DNA of 64,000 nucleotides from NCBI GenBank assembly GCA_009103225.1, contig RHPI01003599.1, forward strand, positions 1-64,000, given 5' to 3'. Made by a program: the position numbers and the translations under genes. The DNA is from Chlorokybus atmophyticus. Its lineage: Eukaryota > Plantae > Mesostigma and Chlorokybus algae. A model generated the notes under the pieces. That model was not told the DNA's origin. It saw only the letters and a program-made list of their open reading frames with translations, and did not search any database. Below, one piece after another: positions 61,200 to 64,000 of this stretch (positions are counted from its first letter, which is position 1; every line of letters starts with the position of its first letter).

Positions 61200-63988
61200 T
61201 TGCCCTCTCCCTCTGCCGAACCGACCTTGTCGTAGTGGTTGTGGTAGACACGGGGGGGCCTTGGTGCTGGAGGTTCCGGCGCTGGTTGTGGTGGCGGCGC
61301 AGGTGGATGACGCCTCTGCGAAGCTGGAATCATGCCCGCGGGTGTACCCAATGGCTGTGGAGGAAACCCCGGCGGACCCAGTGTTTGTGGGCCTGCCTCG
61401 CGTTCAGCTTGCTCCGCGGCGTACGTCCATCGAACAGCATGAGCCGCTTCTCTGACCAATGTCCCTTCCCACGTGGCCGTGGGCTCGGTGTCCGTGTCGG
61501 TCTGATGATGATATTGAGGCATGGGCTGCAGGTATACGGCGCGTAGTAGCTGTCGCCGCATGTCGTGAGTGATGGTGGGGACTCGCAAGATCCCTGCCAT
61601 GTAGGCATCCCACCTTCCTTGTACCACTCCCACATCGAGCACGGTCATGGCGCGAGCGCGTAGGGTGCGCTAGAGGTCAGTCTGCTGTGCGTGTAGCTCA
61701 TGAGCAATGGCGATGCGTCGCCGTTGCCGTGCGGCTTCCACCCCTGGTAGCCGCAGCATTGCCTCTTGCACTCCCTCCAGCGTGTCCGGGGCTGTGGTGG
61801 CAGCCTCATCGTATGCTTGTCGCAGCGAACGAACGAATGCCCCCAACCATGATGCTCGATTGCCAAAGGCAAACAGGGGGACAGCAGGGTGATTGGCAAC
61901 GAGCCATGTCACGAGACGGGCTCGAGCGGCGCTGCCCTCTTGCATCCCCATCATCTGTCTTAATGTGTTGCCCTCAGGCCTGTGTAACATGACTGCTTGC
62001 CGGATGAGTGCGGTACGGAGTTGTTGCTCCCCCACCATACCAGCTCCTCCTCGTTGTGTGGTGTCCCCTTGCGGGGTGAGGTACCCTCGCCCTGCATCGC
62101 GTTGATTCTCAGGCATGTCTTCGACCAAAGGAGGCAGCAGCGGGGCGATTACCCCCCTCAATTATTGCGCCAACGCCCTCGCTTCGTCTGCAACAGTTGC
62201 GTGTCCTGGCTGCTCGATGGCGATTGCCGTGGAGTACGCTATGGTCAGCGCCGTAGAGGCGCTGGCAACATTTGCTAGCGCTCCGGTCGGTACGATAACG
62301 GTGTGTGCTGTGTCGTACGCTTGTCGGCGCGCGTCCACTTGGGCAGCTTGGTCCATTTGATAACGATGGGCCTGTTCGAGTGCAGAGAAACGCTCTTGAC
62401 GACTGCCTGGAGTGAGCCCCCGGAGAGCGGGATCAGCGCCCAGCGCGATGTCAGACATGGTGACCACGAGGTCTTGCATTTTGTGTCGCTGGAGGCCGAG
62501 TGGGTCCAGTGGTGAGGGCTCGAAGTCGATCTGTTGAGCGGGCATGGGTTGCTGCGTTTGACTGGGCGCGCCCTGCAATCGTGCGTGTAATGTCAGGAAC
62601 AACTGGACGGCCAGCTCCAATACCGCAGGTCGTTGGTAGGTGACCCCGAACAGACGATCCCGCATCTCTGGTGCAGTGCCGGCGAGGATTTCATCCTCCA
62701 GCTGTTGTTGTGTGGGTTCCGGCAGCGTGTGGTACTCTGGAGGTGGTAGGGGCAAGATGCGATCATCGCGTGCCACGCGCGTGGTGCGTTGCCCCCCTGG
62801 TCCGTACGCAATGGTGGTGGGTTCCACGTTGCGTAGAACCGACGCCTAGGCGCGCTCTGCTTGTGGCCCGCGTGGCACTTGCTGTGTGACGTCCAACGCT
62901 GGTGGCGGTGCCGTTCGTCCCTCAGGAAGTGGTGCAGTGGGTATGGCAGCACTACTGGAGGCGATGGTGGTGGCACCTGCAGCAGTCGTCGTTACTGAGG
63001 TGGCGGCTGTGAGGGTGGCAGCAGTTGCGGTTGATGTGGTCGCTTCGATGGAGGCAGGAGTGGTGGATTCACCACGTACGAACCCAACGACCATGGTTGT
63101 TGCGGCGTGGGTGCTCTCCATCACCGGGGACAGCGTGGTGCCAAGAGTGCTGACACCTGTTGTCATGGTCGGTGTGGACGCCGACGGTGTCGTCGACGGC
63201 GTCGTCCCAGCGGTGGTTGTGGCTGCCGAGGCAGCACCACTTGTGGCGTCCGACGATGCCGCTGTTGACGACGCGCCAGCTTCCCTGCGCGCACGTCTGG
63301 ATGGTTGTACGCGTGACGGCGTGGGAGTGTCCCTATCCCGTTTCGGTGCCATCAGCGCTTACCTAGCAGTATAGCAGGCTTGATAGTCCTGCTCCTTGTT
63401 CTCCAGCTGTGCCACGCGCGCCATCAGGGCTGCCACTTGGTCAATAGCCGGTGGATTGGTTGGTGCCTTTACGGCAGCAGCTCCAGCGCAAGGACGTCCC
63501 TCAAGTCCTTTGTGCTGTGGAGGGCGGTTTTTCCCTCTATAGCCAGCTTCTTCCTTGCGGGCGCCAGCGTTGTTGTTGTGGTTGGGGTTGTGGCCACCAG
63601 CGTTGTTGCCGTTGTTGCGACCACCAGCGTTGTTGCTGTTGTTGTAGCCGCCAGCGTGGTTGCTGTTGTTGTAGCCCCCGTTGTTGTTGTTGTTGTTGCC
63701 GCGATAGCCAACAGCGTTGTTGCCGTTGTTGTAGCCAATATAGGGCCGCAGCTCAGGGAACTTGAGCCAGCATACTGTCTCCAAGTGCCCCGTCTTGTGG
63801 CAGTGGTCGCACACAAGGTTGCCGTAATCTTCGGTGCACTCTTTTTGGTAGTGGCCATGTCGACCACACCGGTGGCACAGCACTGGAGCCACAAGGGCAG
63901 CATGAGCTGACCGTTTATTCTTGTAATGGATGCCTTGCGGCTCGCGGCTGCGGTCCCGCCGAAAAGGCTCTGCACTTGTGCCTGCCAT
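61200..63988 (-). pseudogene. Gypsy gag C-terminus (two CCHC knuckles, Asn/Gly-rich tract) plus a long extra region
   Basis: CHRCGRHGHYQKEC and CDHCHKTGHLETVC. ORFs 63359, 62846, 62162, 61670 and 61097 all share one frame and are separated by single stops. Confidence 0.85.
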
Positions 63989-64000
63989 AGACCGTGAGGC

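Larger units (their letters stand above)
48748..64000 (-). mobile_element. Ty3/Gypsy LTR retrotransposon copy 2 encoding Gag-(unknown domain)-PR-DNMT-RT-RH-IN-PHD; pseudogenised, two Copia insertions, 5' end beyond the window
   Basis: Domain order is recovered after removing the two Copia elements. The RT joins in frame across the 53917-58825 insertion as GNWTERRMCGNYRP. About 15 stops/frameshifts by my count. Confidence 0.92.

Overview
This is the first 64 kb of a eukaryotic chromosome arm, starting at a (CCCTAA)n, i.e. TTAGGG-type, telomere. Spliced GT-AG genes, a plant-type WW-less Pin1, plastid-targeted lipid enzymes, a BBSome gene and a DNMT-carrying Gypsy element point to a flagellate-stage green alga, probably an early-diverging streptophyte. 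That assignment is inference. Positions ~2.9-36.5 kb hold nine host genes that I could splice by hand: plastid CDP-DAG synthase, pyruvate kinase, ADS/FAD5-like desaturase, a ZC3H3-like CCCH protein, Pin1, BBS9, a small hypothetical protein, a Tim17/22/23-family protein and an NHX antiporter. Decayed coding-like DNA lies between some of them. Positions ~38.5-64 kb are a nested transposon cluster: a Copia relic, a coiled-coil pseudogene, a CMC/CACTA-like transposase relic, and two diverged, oppositely oriented Ty3/Gypsy copies. The larger Gypsy copy encodes Gag, an unknown domain, protease, a DNMT3-like cytosine methyltransferase, RT, RNase H, integrase and a PHD finger, and two younger Copia elements have inserted into it. 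There are two main highlights. (1) A 268-bp module between the terminal telomere and a relic internal telomere tract folds into a minimal type-I hammerhead-like ribozyme, the architecture expected of a telomere-capping Penelope-like retroelement. (2) The Gypsy polyprotein combines a DNA methyltransferase with a PHD chromatin reader. All coordinates and alignments were done by eye; no searches were run.
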